64,000 nt of DNA, from assembly GCA_043823065.1 (NCBI GenBank), contig JBDRBB010000010.1, positions 160,001 to 224,000 of the forward strand. The letters run 5' to 3'. Below, one piece after another: positions 20,078 through 30,092 of this stretch. Source of the DNA: Pseudomonadota bacterium (GTDB lineage: Bacteria > UBA10199 > 2-02-FULL-44-16 > DYJF01). Numbering within the stretch: the stretch's first letter is position 1; the number at the start of each line of letters is the position of its first letter. The notes under the pieces were generated by a model. It saw nothing but the letters and a program-made list of their open reading frames with translations, did not search any database and had not been told where the DNA came from. The translations under genes were made by a program, and so were the position numbers.

Positions 20078-20181
20078 AAATCCTAAATTCAAAACACTAA
20101 ATTCTAAACAAATTCAAATTATCAAATATCAAATGTTCAAAACAATTTGTTTAGGATTTAGATATTAGGACTTAGAAATTT
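20078..20181. repeat. AT-rich palindromic element, copy 2
   Basis: AAATCCTAAATTC...CTAAATTCTAAACAAATTCAAA...TTGTTTAGGATTTAGATATTAG. Confidence 0.8.
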
Positions 20182-21562
20182 ACTTTTTATAGCTGGCCAA
20201 AAATTTTTCAACTTCTGGTATCCCGCCTTGATACACCAAATATCCATTATGTGGTTCGCGCTCAGTAATTTCATCCCCAATTGGTGTTAGCATGATTTGA
20301 CGCACTTTTTCTAAATCTGTAGTTTGGCCCAAAGTCCAACATAATTTCATATAGGCAGTTTCAGGCAACATGTTTTCGCAAGGAATAATCCCCAATTCTA
20401 ATAAATATCTACCAGTATCATAGACGTTCATATGCACATAACCCCACAGGGTTTGTACAGTCATAACCACGATCACCCCTTTTTTGATGGCGCGCTTAAG
20501 TGCAGTATTAAGCGTTGCATTAACATGACCCAGACCAGTGCCAGCAATCACAATGCCCTTATAACCATTATCTACCAAAGAATCCACTGTATCTGGCAGC
20601 ATATTGGGATAGTAATAAAGCAAACTAACTTTTTCCTCATAAACCGCGTTTAATTTAACCTGGCAATCTTTTCTTCTTTTTTTGTAGGGGCGAAGCGGTG
20701 TTACTTTATTTGCCCAAACCATGGCAATTGGGATATTTCCAATTGTTCTAAAAGTGGATCTGTAACTGGAATGCATCTTACGCACCCGCAAGCCAGAATG
20801 CAGTAAACCATAGTCATCAGAAGTAGGGCCAAACATGCAAACCATAACTTCCGCAATATCAGATCTGGCTGCTGCATAGGTGGCATTAATCAAATTGCGT
20901 GCTGCATCTGAACTTGGCCTGTCACTAGAACGTTGAGAACCAACCAGAATAATCGGTACAGGCGTATCTTGAACCATAAAAGAAATAATAGCTGAAGTGT
21001 GGTGCATGGTATCAGTGCCATGGCCAATGACTATGCCATCAGCACCATTGGCGATTTCTCTTTCAATTTCTTGGGCCAAAGTTTTATATTGGCTGGCTCC
21101 CATGTTTTCTGAAAACACACCAAACAGTTTGCGAGTTTTAAGATTACAGATATCAGCCAGTTCAGGAACTGCGCCATATAGCTCGCCAGGAGAAAAAGCA
21201 GGAATAACAGCGCCCGTAGTATAATCCAGTCTGGAAGCAATGGTTCCGCCAGTACCTAAGAGTACAATATTTGGTTTATTTTTATTTACTGGAAATTCCT
21301 TTTCCGGAATCTTATAGGCAGCTTGCCGATAACCAACTTGTTTCATGCTAACAATATTATCCACATGAATGCCAGTATTATAACCATTGTTCATTTTAAT
21401 AACTATGTGCTTGGCATCTTCGGTTTCAGAGCGAGGTAAAATTAAACCTTCAAATTGACCCTTTTTGGTTTCAATGATAACTTCGCTCCAGACCTTAACT
21501 TGGTTTTGCTTGAGAACTGCTAAGCATTTATGGCGATAGCCTTGATAGTTATTATCTTTCAT
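20180..21562 (-). CDS. gatD: Glu-tRNA(Gln) amidotransferase subunit D (archaeal-type)
   Basis: N-terminal domain GLILP..IVIKMNNGYNTGI; GTGGTIASRLDYTTGAV; HGTDTM; GSQRSSDRPSSD; RKMHSS. Confidence 0.88.
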   Translation of the reverse strand: MKDNNYQGYRHKCLAVLKQNQVKVWSEVIIETKKGQFEGLILPRSETEDAKHIVIKMNNGYNTGIHVDNIVSMKQVGYRQAAYKIPEKEFPVNKNKPNIVLLGTGGTIASRLDYTTGAVIPAFSPGELYGAVPELADICNLKTRKLFGVFSENMGASQYKTLAQEIEREIANGADGIVIGHGTDTMHHTSAIISFMVQDTPVPIILVGSQRSSDRPSSDAARNLINATYAAARSDIAEVMVCMFGPTSDDYGLLHSGLRVRKMHSSYRSTFRTIGNIPIAMVWANKVTPLRPYKKRRKDCQVKLNAVYEEKVSLLYYYPNMLPDTVDSLVDNGYKGIVIAGTGLGHVNATLNTALKRAIKKGVIVVMTVQTLWGYVHMNVYDTGRYLLELGIIPCENMLPETAYMKLCWTLGQTTDLEKVRQIMLTPIGDEITEREPHNGYLVYQGGIPEVEKFLASYKK

Positions 21563-21664
21563 AGGAGCAAAGCTTAGTCAGGATATGCTATTCTTGTCAA
21601 TTAAGACGAATATTTACGTATAAAAGAAAATAAGGTATAAAGGCTTAATTTAAGGAGAAAATAA

Positions 21665-22675
21665 ATGGGTTGGCATCATACTAAATTAGGCAAGTTTGTT
21701 ATTATTATTATAGGTATAATCTTTGTGATCATTTTGGCGGTCATAGATGACTTGGTTCATAGTGGTTATAATCTTTCTCTATTTTATGTTGCTCCAATAG
21801 TGGTAATTTCTTTTTTTGTTGGACGTTGGGCAGCTGTTTATATTGCCTTGTTAAGCGCAGTAATTTGGTTGGTCGTAGATATTAGGGCCAGCATTGAAGT
21901 TTCACCAACAATTCACCTTTCAAATACATTGATTAGAATAGGCTTCTTTTTCTTTGTGACCCAGGGAATTTTTTATTTAGTTCGTTTAAGAGAAAGACAA
22001 AAAGAGATAGTAGAGTTTGTGGTCCATGATCTTAAAACACCCTTAACCAATATTAATATAGCTTTGAACAGCATTATAGAAAAAGTGGGAGATACGCCAA
22101 ACAAACTCAATCAATTAGCCAAAGTGGCCTTGGTATCCAGCGCCAGAATGGTAACTTTTATCAACTCCTTAATAGACTTATCAAAGATTGAGGATGAAAG
22201 TTATACTAATAAGTTACAACAAACAGATTTAAGGGCATTGGTGGAAGGTGCTGTTGAATCTGTAAATCTTTGGGCTGAAAAAGCCTCTATCAAAATAGAA
22301 AAAGACATCGAAACTAAAGGCAATATTTTTTATACAGATCCAAGTTTGGTAGAACGAACCCTAATGAATCTTTTAAGCAATGCCTTGAAAGTTAGTCCCT
22401 CAAATTCCACTATTAGTGTTCGCGTAGAAGATGGTATTAACAAACTTATTTTCTGTGTATCTGATCAAGGGCCGGGACTAGCCAAAAAATGGAAAAACAG
22501 ACCATTTGATAAATATTTCCAAATTGAAGCCAAAAAACAAGGTATGATTGTGGGTAGTGGTATAGGCCTAACTTTTTGTCAGTATGCTGTTAAACAGTTA
22601 GGTGGACATATTTGGTTTGATAGCGAACCAGGCTTGGGAACCAGCGTTACCTTTGAGCTGCCAACAGTGCATTAA
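21665..22675 (+). CDS. Membrane sensor histidine kinase
   Basis: About 4 TM helices; HDLKTPL H-box; NLLSNALK, DQGPG, GSGIGL boxes. Confidence 0.92.
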   Translation: MGWHHTKLGKFVIIIIGIIFVIILAVIDDLVHSGYNLSLFYVAPIVVISFFVGRWAAVYIALLSAVIWLVVDIRASIEVSPTIHLSNTLIRIGFFFFVTQGIFYLVRLRERQKEIVEFVVHDLKTPLTNINIALNSIIEKVGDTPNKLNQLAKVALVSSARMVTFINSLIDLSKIEDESYTNKLQQTDLRALVEGAVESVNLWAEKASIKIEKDIETKGNIFYTDPSLVERTLMNLLSNALKVSPSNSTISVRVEDGINKLIFCVSDQGPGLAKKWKNRPFDKYFQIEAKKQGMIVGSGIGLTFCQYAVKQLGGHIWFDSEPGLGTSVTFELPTVH

Positions 22676-23250
22676 ATCTTGCGGCGGATAACCAAGGGAA
22701 GCAAGATTAAACCAAAGAGCACTAAAACAAAAACATTTGACCCTTTAGAGTTTCCTAAAAAGCTGCAAGCGCCATTATCTAAAGCTTCGCCCAGATTTGG
22801 GCCAGTTTGATTTGATTGAATGAGATTGTCTTCCAAAACCAGTTCAGGTTCATCTGCAATTACAGAATTAATAGGACAGCCATCATCTGTATCAGGAGCA
22901 TATTCATAAGGACAGATGTCCAAACGATCTATTATTAGATCGCCATCATCATCGCCATCACAGGCATCACCGCTACCATCTTCATCTGTATCAAACTGGT
23001 CTTCGTTGGCTATAGTTGGGCAGTTATCAAGATCATTACTAATGCCATCACCATCTAGGTCATTTGGATCTGAGGTAACAGGTTCAACTTCTTCCTCGAT
23101 TGCTGTTTCCAGGTCAGGTGTTTCGTCTTCCACAACTGAACAATCTCCTTCACATGGCCTGGGATCGCCTAAAATAGCTGCAGCAGGCGCTGCAATAATA
23201 GCTAAGAAAAAACTGATGATTAATAAACTTAAAGTAATTTTAAACTTCAT
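22672..23250 (-). CDS. Secreted TSP3-repeat protein with a MYXO-CTERM-like sorting tail
   Basis: Signal peptide; DLDGDGISNDLDNCP...DTDEDGSGDACD; GACS + TM helix + RRK. Confidence 0.75.
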   Translation of the reverse strand: MKFKITLSLLIISFFLAIIAAPAAAILGDPRPCEGDCSVVEDETPDLETAIEEEVEPVTSDPNDLDGDGISNDLDNCPTIANEDQFDTDEDGSGDACDGDDDGDLIIDRLDICPYEYAPDTDDGCPINSVIADEPELVLEDNLIQSNQTGPNLGEALDNGACSFLGNSKGSNVFVLVLFGLILLPLVIRRKI

Positions 23251-23272
23251 AGAACCTCCACATATAATATAA

Positions 23273-23324
23273 GCAAGAATTATACCAAATGCGCAATTTA
23301 AATAGTAAATGATATCAAGATGTT
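23273..23324 (-). promoter_or_regulatory. Sigma54 promoter with IHF-like site
   Basis: Minus strand TGGTAT-AATTC-TTGC (23273-23287); TATCAAGATGTTA upstream. Confidence 0.65.
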
Positions 23325-23465
23325 ATCTGCATCTAGGACATGCAAAATGGTAAAAAATAGGGGCAAATTAAGTATTTATGAGGCATTCAGTCACCATAAG
23401 ACAAGCTCATTGCAGACCAGCTCAAAAAGAAGTAAAAAGAAAAATCTACTTATCAAGGAGGAATC

Positions 23466-25880
23466 ATGAATAATGCCAAAGGGTTATCTTATAGCCAAGC
23501 CCAAACTCTTATCAATCAACACGGTTACAATGAAATTAAAGAAAAAAAGGTAAATCCTATCTTCAAGTTCCTGGGATTTTTTTGGGGACCCATTCCTTGG
23601 ATGATCGAGGCTGCAGCTATATTATCAGCTATTATTCATCACTGGGAAGACTTTTTTATTATTGCAGTTTTACTGTTACTTAATGCTGTGGTTGGTTTTT
23701 GGCAGGAGTATAAAGCAGATAATGCCATTGAATTATTAAAGCAAAAGCTAGCCCTAAAAGCCAAAGTGCTGCGCGATGGAAAATGGTTAGAGGTTGCAGC
23801 TCGTGAATTAGTGCCTGGTGATGTAGTGCGGGTGCGTTTAGGTGATATCATTCCAGCAGATATTAAACTTTTAGAAGGAGATTATTTAGAAGTAGATGAA
23901 TCTGCGCTAACCGGAGAATCTCTGCCTGTGGAAAAAAAGATTTCTGATACTGCCTATTCTGGTTCAATAATTAAAAAAGGGGAAATGACTGCTGAAGTAA
24001 CTGCAACTGGCATGAACACCTTTTTTGGCAAAACTGCCAAGCTAGTTAGCGAAGCCAAAAATGTTAGCCATTTTCAAAAAGCAGTAATTAAGATTGGCGA
24101 TTATTTAATTGTCTTAGCAATTGCTTTGGTCACTTTAATTTTTTTGGTAGCTTTGTTCCGACATGAAAGTCTGATTGTGACCCTGCAATTTGCGCTGGTT
24201 TTAACTGTAGCTGCCATACCCGTGGCCCTACCAGCAGTGCTTTCAGTTACCATGGCAGTTGGCGCAATTGCCCTTTCCAAAAAAGAAGCAATTGTCAGTA
24301 AGTTGCTGGCTATAGAAGAAATGGCTGGAGTTGATATTTTGTGTTCAGATAAAACAGGTACGATAACTAAAAATGAACTAACCCTGGCTGAAGTGGTTCC
24401 TGATGCAAATTTTCAAGCTGCTGAAGTGCTTATATTTGCAGCATTAGCCAGCAGGCCAGAAGATAAAGATCCAATTGATAATGCTATATTAGAAAAAATA
24501 ACTAACCAGAGTGATTTGGAAAAATATCAGAGCCTAGCATTTCATCCTTTTGATCCAGTTTCTAAACGCAGTGAAGCTGAGGTGCAAACAGCAGAAGGAG
24601 AAAAGATCAAAGTTACCAAAGGCGCGCCACAAATGGTTTTGTCTTTAATTGCTAATAATGAAGAATTAGCAGAAAAAATAAATCAACAAGTAAATAATTT
24701 TGCTCATAAAGGCTATCGCTCAATTGGTGTGGCTAAAACTCAGGTAGATGGAAATTGGCAATGGGTTGGACTTATTCCTTTATATGATCCGCCGCGCGAA
24801 GATTCTGCCCAGACCATTGTCTTTGCTAATCAGATGGGAGTTGAAGTAAAAATGGTTACAGGCGATCATGTGGCTATTGCCAAAGAGATTGCAGCCCAAG
24901 TAAATCTTAAAACCAATATATTAGAAGCTTCAGAGATAGTTAATAAATCTGATACAGATGCAATTCATGTCATTGAACAAGCAGATGGCTTTGCCCAGGT
25001 TTTTCCCGAACATAAATATAAAATTGTCGAGCTCTTACAAAGGGCAGGTCATTTTGTAGGCATGACTGGCGATGGAGTTAATGATGCGCCAGCTCTTAAA
25101 AAAGCAGATGCTGGCATAGCTGTTGCTGGAGCTACAGATGCTGCCAAATCAGCAGCAGATATAGTGTTAACGCGTTTTGGTTTATCAGTAATTATTGACG
25201 CTATCAAGGAGAGCCGCAAAATTTTCCAACGCATGAATAGTTACGCAATTTATCGTATTGCCGAAACTTTGCGCGTCCTGCTTTTTATCACGCTATCAAT
25301 CTTGGTTTTTAATTTCTATCCAGTAACCGCTATCATGATTGTGCTTTTAGCCTTGTTTAATGATGCGCCAATTATGTCTATTGCTTATGACCGGGTTCAT
25401 TATTCTGCAGACCCAGAAAAGTGGAATATGCGGATTGTGCTGGGAATTGGCACATTTTTAGGAGTGCTGGGTGTGGCTGTAACTTTTTCTTTATTCTACA
25501 TTGGCGATCAAGTTTTGCATTTAAGTAAGCCAGTATTGCAAACTTTTATTTTTCTAAAACTAGCTGTAGCAGGTCATCTAACGATTTTTATGACGCGCAC
25601 CAGAGGGCCGTTTTGGAGCATTAAGCCAGGAGCTGCCCTTTTTTGGAGTGCCGTGATTACTAAACTTTTAGCCACTTTGGTGGCTGTATATGGATTTTAC
25701 ATTACACCTATTGGCTGGAAATTGGCCTTGTTTGTCTGGGGTTATGCCCTGGCAGAATTAATTGTCACTGATGCTTTAAAAGTCTGGATGTATAAAGTAC
25801 TGGATCATGAAGGCATAATTATGAAAAAATCAGCTAAAGCAGGTATGAATCAATCTCTTAACTTTGTTGCTGGAGACTAA
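23466..25880 (+). CDS. Plasma-membrane-type proton-efflux P-type ATPase (type IIIA)
   Basis: FWGPIPWMIE, LTGES, IPVALP, CSDKTGT, FDPVSKR, KGAPQ, MVTGD, TGDGVNDAPALKKA, IFQRMNSYAIYRI. Confidence 0.9.
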   Translation: MNNAKGLSYSQAQTLINQHGYNEIKEKKVNPIFKFLGFFWGPIPWMIEAAAILSAIIHHWEDFFIIAVLLLLNAVVGFWQEYKADNAIELLKQKLALKAKVLRDGKWLEVAARELVPGDVVRVRLGDIIPADIKLLEGDYLEVDESALTGESLPVEKKISDTAYSGSIIKKGEMTAEVTATGMNTFFGKTAKLVSEAKNVSHFQKAVIKIGDYLIVLAIALVTLIFLVALFRHESLIVTLQFALVLTVAAIPVALPAVLSVTMAVGAIALSKKEAIVSKLLAIEEMAGVDILCSDKTGTITKNELTLAEVVPDANFQAAEVLIFAALASRPEDKDPIDNAILEKITNQSDLEKYQSLAFHPFDPVSKRSEAEVQTAEGEKIKVTKGAPQMVLSLIANNEELAEKINQQVNNFAHKGYRSIGVAKTQVDGNWQWVGLIPLYDPPREDSAQTIVFANQMGVEVKMVTGDHVAIAKEIAAQVNLKTNILEASEIVNKSDTDAIHVIEQADGFAQVFPEHKYKIVELLQRAGHFVGMTGDGVNDAPALKKADAGIAVAGATDAAKSAADIVLTRFGLSVIIDAIKESRKIFQRMNSYAIYRIAETLRVLLFITLSILVFNFYPVTAIMIVLLALFNDAPIMSIAYDRVHYSADPEKWNMRIVLGIGTFLGVLGVAVTFSLFYIGDQVLHLSKPVLQTFIFLKLAVAGHLTIFMTRTRGPFWSIKPGAALFWSAVITKLLATLVAVYGFYITPIGWKLALFVWGYALAELIVTDALKVWMYKVLDHEGIIMKKSAKAGMNQSLNFVAGD

Positions 25881-25889
25881 GGAGTTTTT

Positions 25890-26315
25890 ATGACCCATAT
25901 AAATGATTTTATGAAAGGCAAATCGTGGTTGATCTATGGTTCTGGTTTTGGCGGAGCAATAGGCGCGCTTTTGGTTTTTTTGAATTCTTTACTGCCTATG
26001 CAAAGTGCTCTGATAATGGATATGCCGCAAGGGTTTATGACTACCACAGCTTTAGGCATGGTTGGTGGAATCATGGGTGGTCTGCTTGGTAGCCTAATTA
26101 GCGGTGTTTTTGCCAAAGAAGATTTGGTGCTAAATATTGGCAGCTCTTTGGGCATTGGAGTTATTAATGGTTTTATTGCTGGCACAGTTGTGGGGCTTAT
26201 TCTATCAATTATTCAAGCCTGGGATTCAAAAATTTTGACCCCAGCAATAGTGACCATTGCTATAGCCAGCTTGATTTTGCTGGCCATAGTTATTTATTAT
26301 TTTAAAAAGAAATAA
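25890..26315 (+). CDS. Small Gly-rich membrane protein
   Basis: Four hydrophobic Gly-rich helices; GGAG RBS directly after the ATPase. Confidence 0.65.
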   Translation: MTHINDFMKGKSWLIYGSGFGGAIGALLVFLNSLLPMQSALIMDMPQGFMTTTALGMVGGIMGGLLGSLISGVFAKEDLVLNIGSSLGIGVINGFIAGTVVGLILSIIQAWDSKILTPAIVTIAIASLILLAIVIYYFKKK

Positions 26316-28163
26316 CTAGTGGCTTGTCACATATATTTCTGCAAATTGACTAGCTATATCTTCACCTTGTTTGGACTGTTTAAATTCAGGCGGGGATTTT
26401 ATATAAGCAGTAGCTAATTTGTCTGAAACAGGCTTGCCAATTAAACCAAACCGATAAGCATTAAAATAGTTAAGCGTTGCTGCTTGAAAACGTTCATGAG
26501 ATTCATCTAGCAAGCCAAAGGTAAAATAATTAAAAGCATTGATTAGATCGCGCTCATCTGTGGTTTTTATCTGATTAGGCCTTGGCCAAGGCACTATTTT
26601 GCGCAATAAATATTTACAAACATTTGCGTAATAATCACGATAAACCAAATCAGATTTTTCGATCCACGGTAAAGCTTGCTGATAGTTTCCCCTTACCATT
26701 TCAGAAATAACCGTAATCATAGCTGCTTTAGTGGTTGAACCGCCCTGATTTATGCCGGCCAACACCAAATCTTGTACATGATAATCGCCTTGTTTAATTT
26801 TGGTCAGGGCTGAATCTAATTTTAATTCTCCTTGGTTGGAATTTATAGCTGTTTCTTCTTGAAGATTACTCAGGTCTGGATTTTCAGTTTTAGTTGTTAA
26901 AGGTTGGGGATAGGAAGTACTTGCCTGAGCAACATTTAGCAATATTACCTGCGGTTTTCCTGGTTCAATATTGACGGTTTGTTTTAGCGGTTTACCCAGT
27001 CCTTGAGGAATTATCTCAATTTCATGCTCACCAGGTTTTAAATAAAATCGGCCTATACCAAATTGCGCTGGCAAGGTGCGCCAGCTTCTTTCATCTGCTT
27101 GTTCTGCAGCAGACATAGTTAAGCCCAAAAGACCTAGGCCCAGGCCAGCTAGTTGTTTTTCAGTTTCTTCTTCCATTAGTTCTGCTGAAGCAACATAAAG
27201 ACCAGTTTGCACTGGAACCTTGACCATTTTGCGGACCAAGCTTCTTTTTTGCCGTTCCTGTTGGGCCAATAAAATATCTTGGACAATATTATAAAAAGGA
27301 TAGGTTTGCCCCATTTCTTTACCGTCTATTATTACCTTAGCTGAATTAAAATTTTGGGGAAAACCTTTAGCAACAGGCATAGCTAAAGTATAAAGCCCGG
27401 TAGAGACAGTTTCACTGACATAAATTGGGCTTTGACCAGCTTTAGTCAGCACGATTAATTGCCCAGGATATTGGCGATAATTAGGGCTGACCTGCCAGGC
27501 CAAACTTTTTTGATCAGGTAACTGAGTTTGTAAATTAAGCTTGGCCCGAATTTTTTTTAAATCTTCACCATAATAAGGAACGCTTAAATTATGTTTATTT
27601 ATCCTGCTATAGGTAATTTGCGCGTCATTAATTTTACCCATAGTTTCCCAGACAATGGCAGACAAATATAAAGAAAAACCATTTTTTAAATCGCGTGGAT
27701 CGCCATATATTTTTTCTGCCAAAGTTTGTAACTTTCTAACTTCAACTAATGCTCCATCCCAGTCATCCAGCATAATATAATTTAACATGCAAATGACCGG
27801 TATCATTAAGCGCTCGTGCTTGTCGCCAGCATATTCAACTGCTTCCTCGCTCCACAAGGTGGCAGAAGTTTCGCGCGATAAACTTTTTATTGTGAAAATA
27901 TCACTTAGCTCCTCAGCTTTTTGCAGCACTTGATTGCTTTGTTGATATTCTTCAGCAGCATGCAGGATAATGCCCTTATCCAGCAAATAAAGCAGCTCAT
28001 CTCGACTACGAGGCTTCATTTTTTCAATTAGTTCTAAGGCTTTTTGATAATCACCCTGATGATAGGCATTGTGAGCAGAAGCAGCCTTCTTATTATAGGA
28101 AGAAACGCATCCGCATAGAGTAACTATAATTATAGCCGTACTAAATAGACGAAATAGGGACAT
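26316..28163 (-). CDS. COG3014-like lipoprotein
   Basis: Lipobox LCGC; LLYLLDKG; QADERSWRTLP; in an operon with lpoB/LPP20. Confidence 0.7.
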   Translation of the reverse strand: MSLFRLFSTAIIIVTLCGCVSSYNKKAASAHNAYHQGDYQKALELIEKMKPRSRDELLYLLDKGIILHAAEEYQQSNQVLQKAEELSDIFTIKSLSRETSATLWSEEAVEYAGDKHERLMIPVICMLNYIMLDDWDGALVEVRKLQTLAEKIYGDPRDLKNGFSLYLSAIVWETMGKINDAQITYSRINKHNLSVPYYGEDLKKIRAKLNLQTQLPDQKSLAWQVSPNYRQYPGQLIVLTKAGQSPIYVSETVSTGLYTLAMPVAKGFPQNFNSAKVIIDGKEMGQTYPFYNIVQDILLAQQERQKRSLVRKMVKVPVQTGLYVASAELMEEETEKQLAGLGLGLLGLTMSAAEQADERSWRTLPAQFGIGRFYLKPGEHEIEIIPQGLGKPLKQTVNIEPGKPQVILLNVAQASTSYPQPLTTKTENPDLSNLQEETAINSNQGELKLDSALTKIKQGDYHVQDLVLAGINQGGSTTKAAMITVISEMVRGNYQQALPWIEKSDLVYRDYYANVCKYLLRKIVPWPRPNQIKTTDERDLINAFNYFTFGLLDESHERFQAATLNYFNAYRFGLIGKPVSDKLATAYIKSPPEFKQSKQGEDIASQFAEIYVTSH

Positions 28164-28200
28164 AGCTAAATAACCAATGACCAAGAAACAAGATACAAAC

Positions 28201-28292
28201 AAATTACAATAACCAATATAATTTGTTTGATCATGGTATCTTGGAAAATTGGTTATTGTTTGGTCATTGTTTCTTGTATCTTGGTTATTTCC
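28201..28292. repeat. Diverged AT-rich heptameric element
   Basis: ATTGGTTATTGTTTGGTCATTGTTTCTTGTATCTTGGTTATT has the same layout as the right arm of the AT-rich family. Confidence 0.5.
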
Positions 28293-28898
28293 TTATGGTC
28301 TTACTTGTTTTCTCTTAAACTTCTTTTTCAACTCAACTTCATCAGCCCAAAGTATTGCTGAAGTGCTAAGATCAGTAACTTCCAAGGTTGTCTTGTAATA
28401 GACAATTTCCTGCTTGCCTACAGGCTGCCTAATGGAAGATATGTGTCCGGAAATTAACCAGTCCGCACCAATTTGATTGCCCTTAAGCTTGGCTGTTTCT
28501 GGGTTAACATAACCAGAGGCTTGATATTCATATTCTTTGGCTAGAGCGTTGCGCAAGCGTTCGTTTAGAAAGACAAAACGATTGGTCTTAAGTAGCTTGG
28601 TACGAATCATGTTGGTTAAGGAAAGAATATCAATGTGTTCATCTGTGGCATTGGTAAACAAGCTGATAATAATGGCTGGTTTATTGTTTTTTGTCGCCAT
28701 TAGTTCGCTATTTAACAAGGAAGCGCTGAGTTGATCAGCTATAGTTTGCAGATCAGCTTCTACAAATTTGTCACTCAAAAGATGCACTTCTTCTGGTTCA
28801 ATATATTTCCCCTTAGTATAAACTTTCTTGGTGCCACAAGACATTAGCGGATAAGCCAGTGTACATGCTAATAATAGAACTAAAATTTTTGTTCTCAT
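28293..28898 (-). CDS. lpoB: Penicillin-binding protein activator LpoB family
   Basis: Lipobox LMSC; NATDEHID; GNQIGADWLISG.I; final beta-strands. Confidence 0.75.
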   Translation of the reverse strand: MRTKILVLLLACTLAYPLMSCGTKKVYTKGKYIEPEEVHLLSDKFVEADLQTIADQLSASLLNSELMATKNNKPAIIISLFTNATDEHIDILSLTNMIRTKLLKTNRFVFLNERLRNALAKEYEYQASGYVNPETAKLKGNQIGADWLISGHISSIRQPVGKQEIVYYKTTLEVTDLSTSAILWADEVELKKKFKRKQVRP

Positions 28899-28911
28899 TG
28901 TTCCCCCTTTT

Positions 28912-29041
28912 GAAATTCTAAGCACTAATTTCTAAACTCTAAACAAATTCAAATCACCAAAACTCAAAACAACTGTTTTGAATATTTGAATTTTGAATAT
29001 TAGATATTGTTTAGAATTTAGTTATTAGAAATTAGGATTTC
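28912..29041. repeat. AT-rich palindromic element, copy 3
   Basis: Same arms as 7902-8038. Confidence 0.8.
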
Positions 29042-30090
29042 TAAAATATATCTAATATTTTCTCGGCTATATTGCCTTCCACAAGTCGCCCCAGGGCCCT
29101 AACAGCAGATTTAGAAGCCATGCTGGCTGTTTTTTCATTTCCGCTGGCAGACCAGGTTAGGGCACCAATTATTTCTTCAGTTTCAGCATTGATCACTTCT
29201 AAATCAAGATCAGCTTGATAAATTTGCACAAAAAAATCACCCATTTTCATATTACCTTTATAATTAAGATCAGTTTTTCCAGATAAAATATATTTGCTAG
29301 TTGCCTCAGAACCTTTGGTGATAAAGCCAGCTTGGGCCAATCCTTTAATAATATAAGGTTTAACTCCATCTGCTGGACCCTGAATTTGGATTTGAAATTT
29401 AACTTGCTTGCCCAAACCGTACAGAATTTTTTGAATATCAGCTGCGCTCTGTGTGCCTTTATCCAGTTGTGAAATAGCCATCGGGCTTAGCACAGCATAA
29501 ATTTCGCTTTGCGCATTAATATTGTGGGCTAAATTAAGAGCGCGCCTAAAATGTTTGATTGCCAGTAATGGCTCTTCTTCTTGCTGAAACCCTTGAGCTG
29601 CTTCAAGCTCAACAAGTATTTCTTGTTTTAAATTATTAATTTTACTTTCAAGTTGTTTGGCGGATTTGGGGCGGTCAAGTACAGCCAGGGCATATACTAA
29701 GCCGTCTTTTTTATCTTTATAATAACTTTTAATTTGAACGCCTTGCAAAACTTCATCAGTGGTAACAGTTACAATATCAGTTTGGGTAGAAGAACTTTCA
29801 GGTTTTTCGGAACCAGACATAACTTCCCGTTGGGCCGTAGTTGTGGATTTAACCTGAGCGCGTAAGATTTTGGCGATTTCAGCCCTGGCTTGATTGCCAG
29901 CCCAATTAATTTGTTGGCCCTGGGCGCCTTTATCCAGAGGTGCGCTGCCAATGCCAATAAAATAACGAGGTTCAGGATATGTTTCGGAAGCACCGCTTAA
30001 CCAGTTGGGTGCTTTATTGCTGGAAGTTGCGCAAGCAAAAATAAGTGTGCATGACATTATAGTTACTAGAAAAAATTTAATATTTCCCAT
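29041..30090 (-). CDS. LPP20-family lipoprotein
   Basis: Lipobox IFAC; PNW...YFIGIG...ARAEIA...VYALAVL. Confidence 0.75.
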   Translation of the reverse strand: MGNIKFFLVTIMSCTLIFACATSSNKAPNWLSGASETYPEPRYFIGIGSAPLDKGAQGQQINWAGNQARAEIAKILRAQVKSTTTAQREVMSGSEKPESSSTQTDIVTVTTDEVLQGVQIKSYYKDKKDGLVYALAVLDRPKSAKQLESKINNLKQEILVELEAAQGFQQEEEPLLAIKHFRRALNLAHNINAQSEIYAVLSPMAISQLDKGTQSAADIQKILYGLGKQVKFQIQIQGPADGVKPYIIKGLAQAGFITKGSEATSKYILSGKTDLNYKGNMKMGDFFVQIYQADLDLEVINAETEEIIGALTWSASGNEKTASMASKSAVRALGRLVEGNIAEKILDIF

Positions 30091-30092
30091 GA

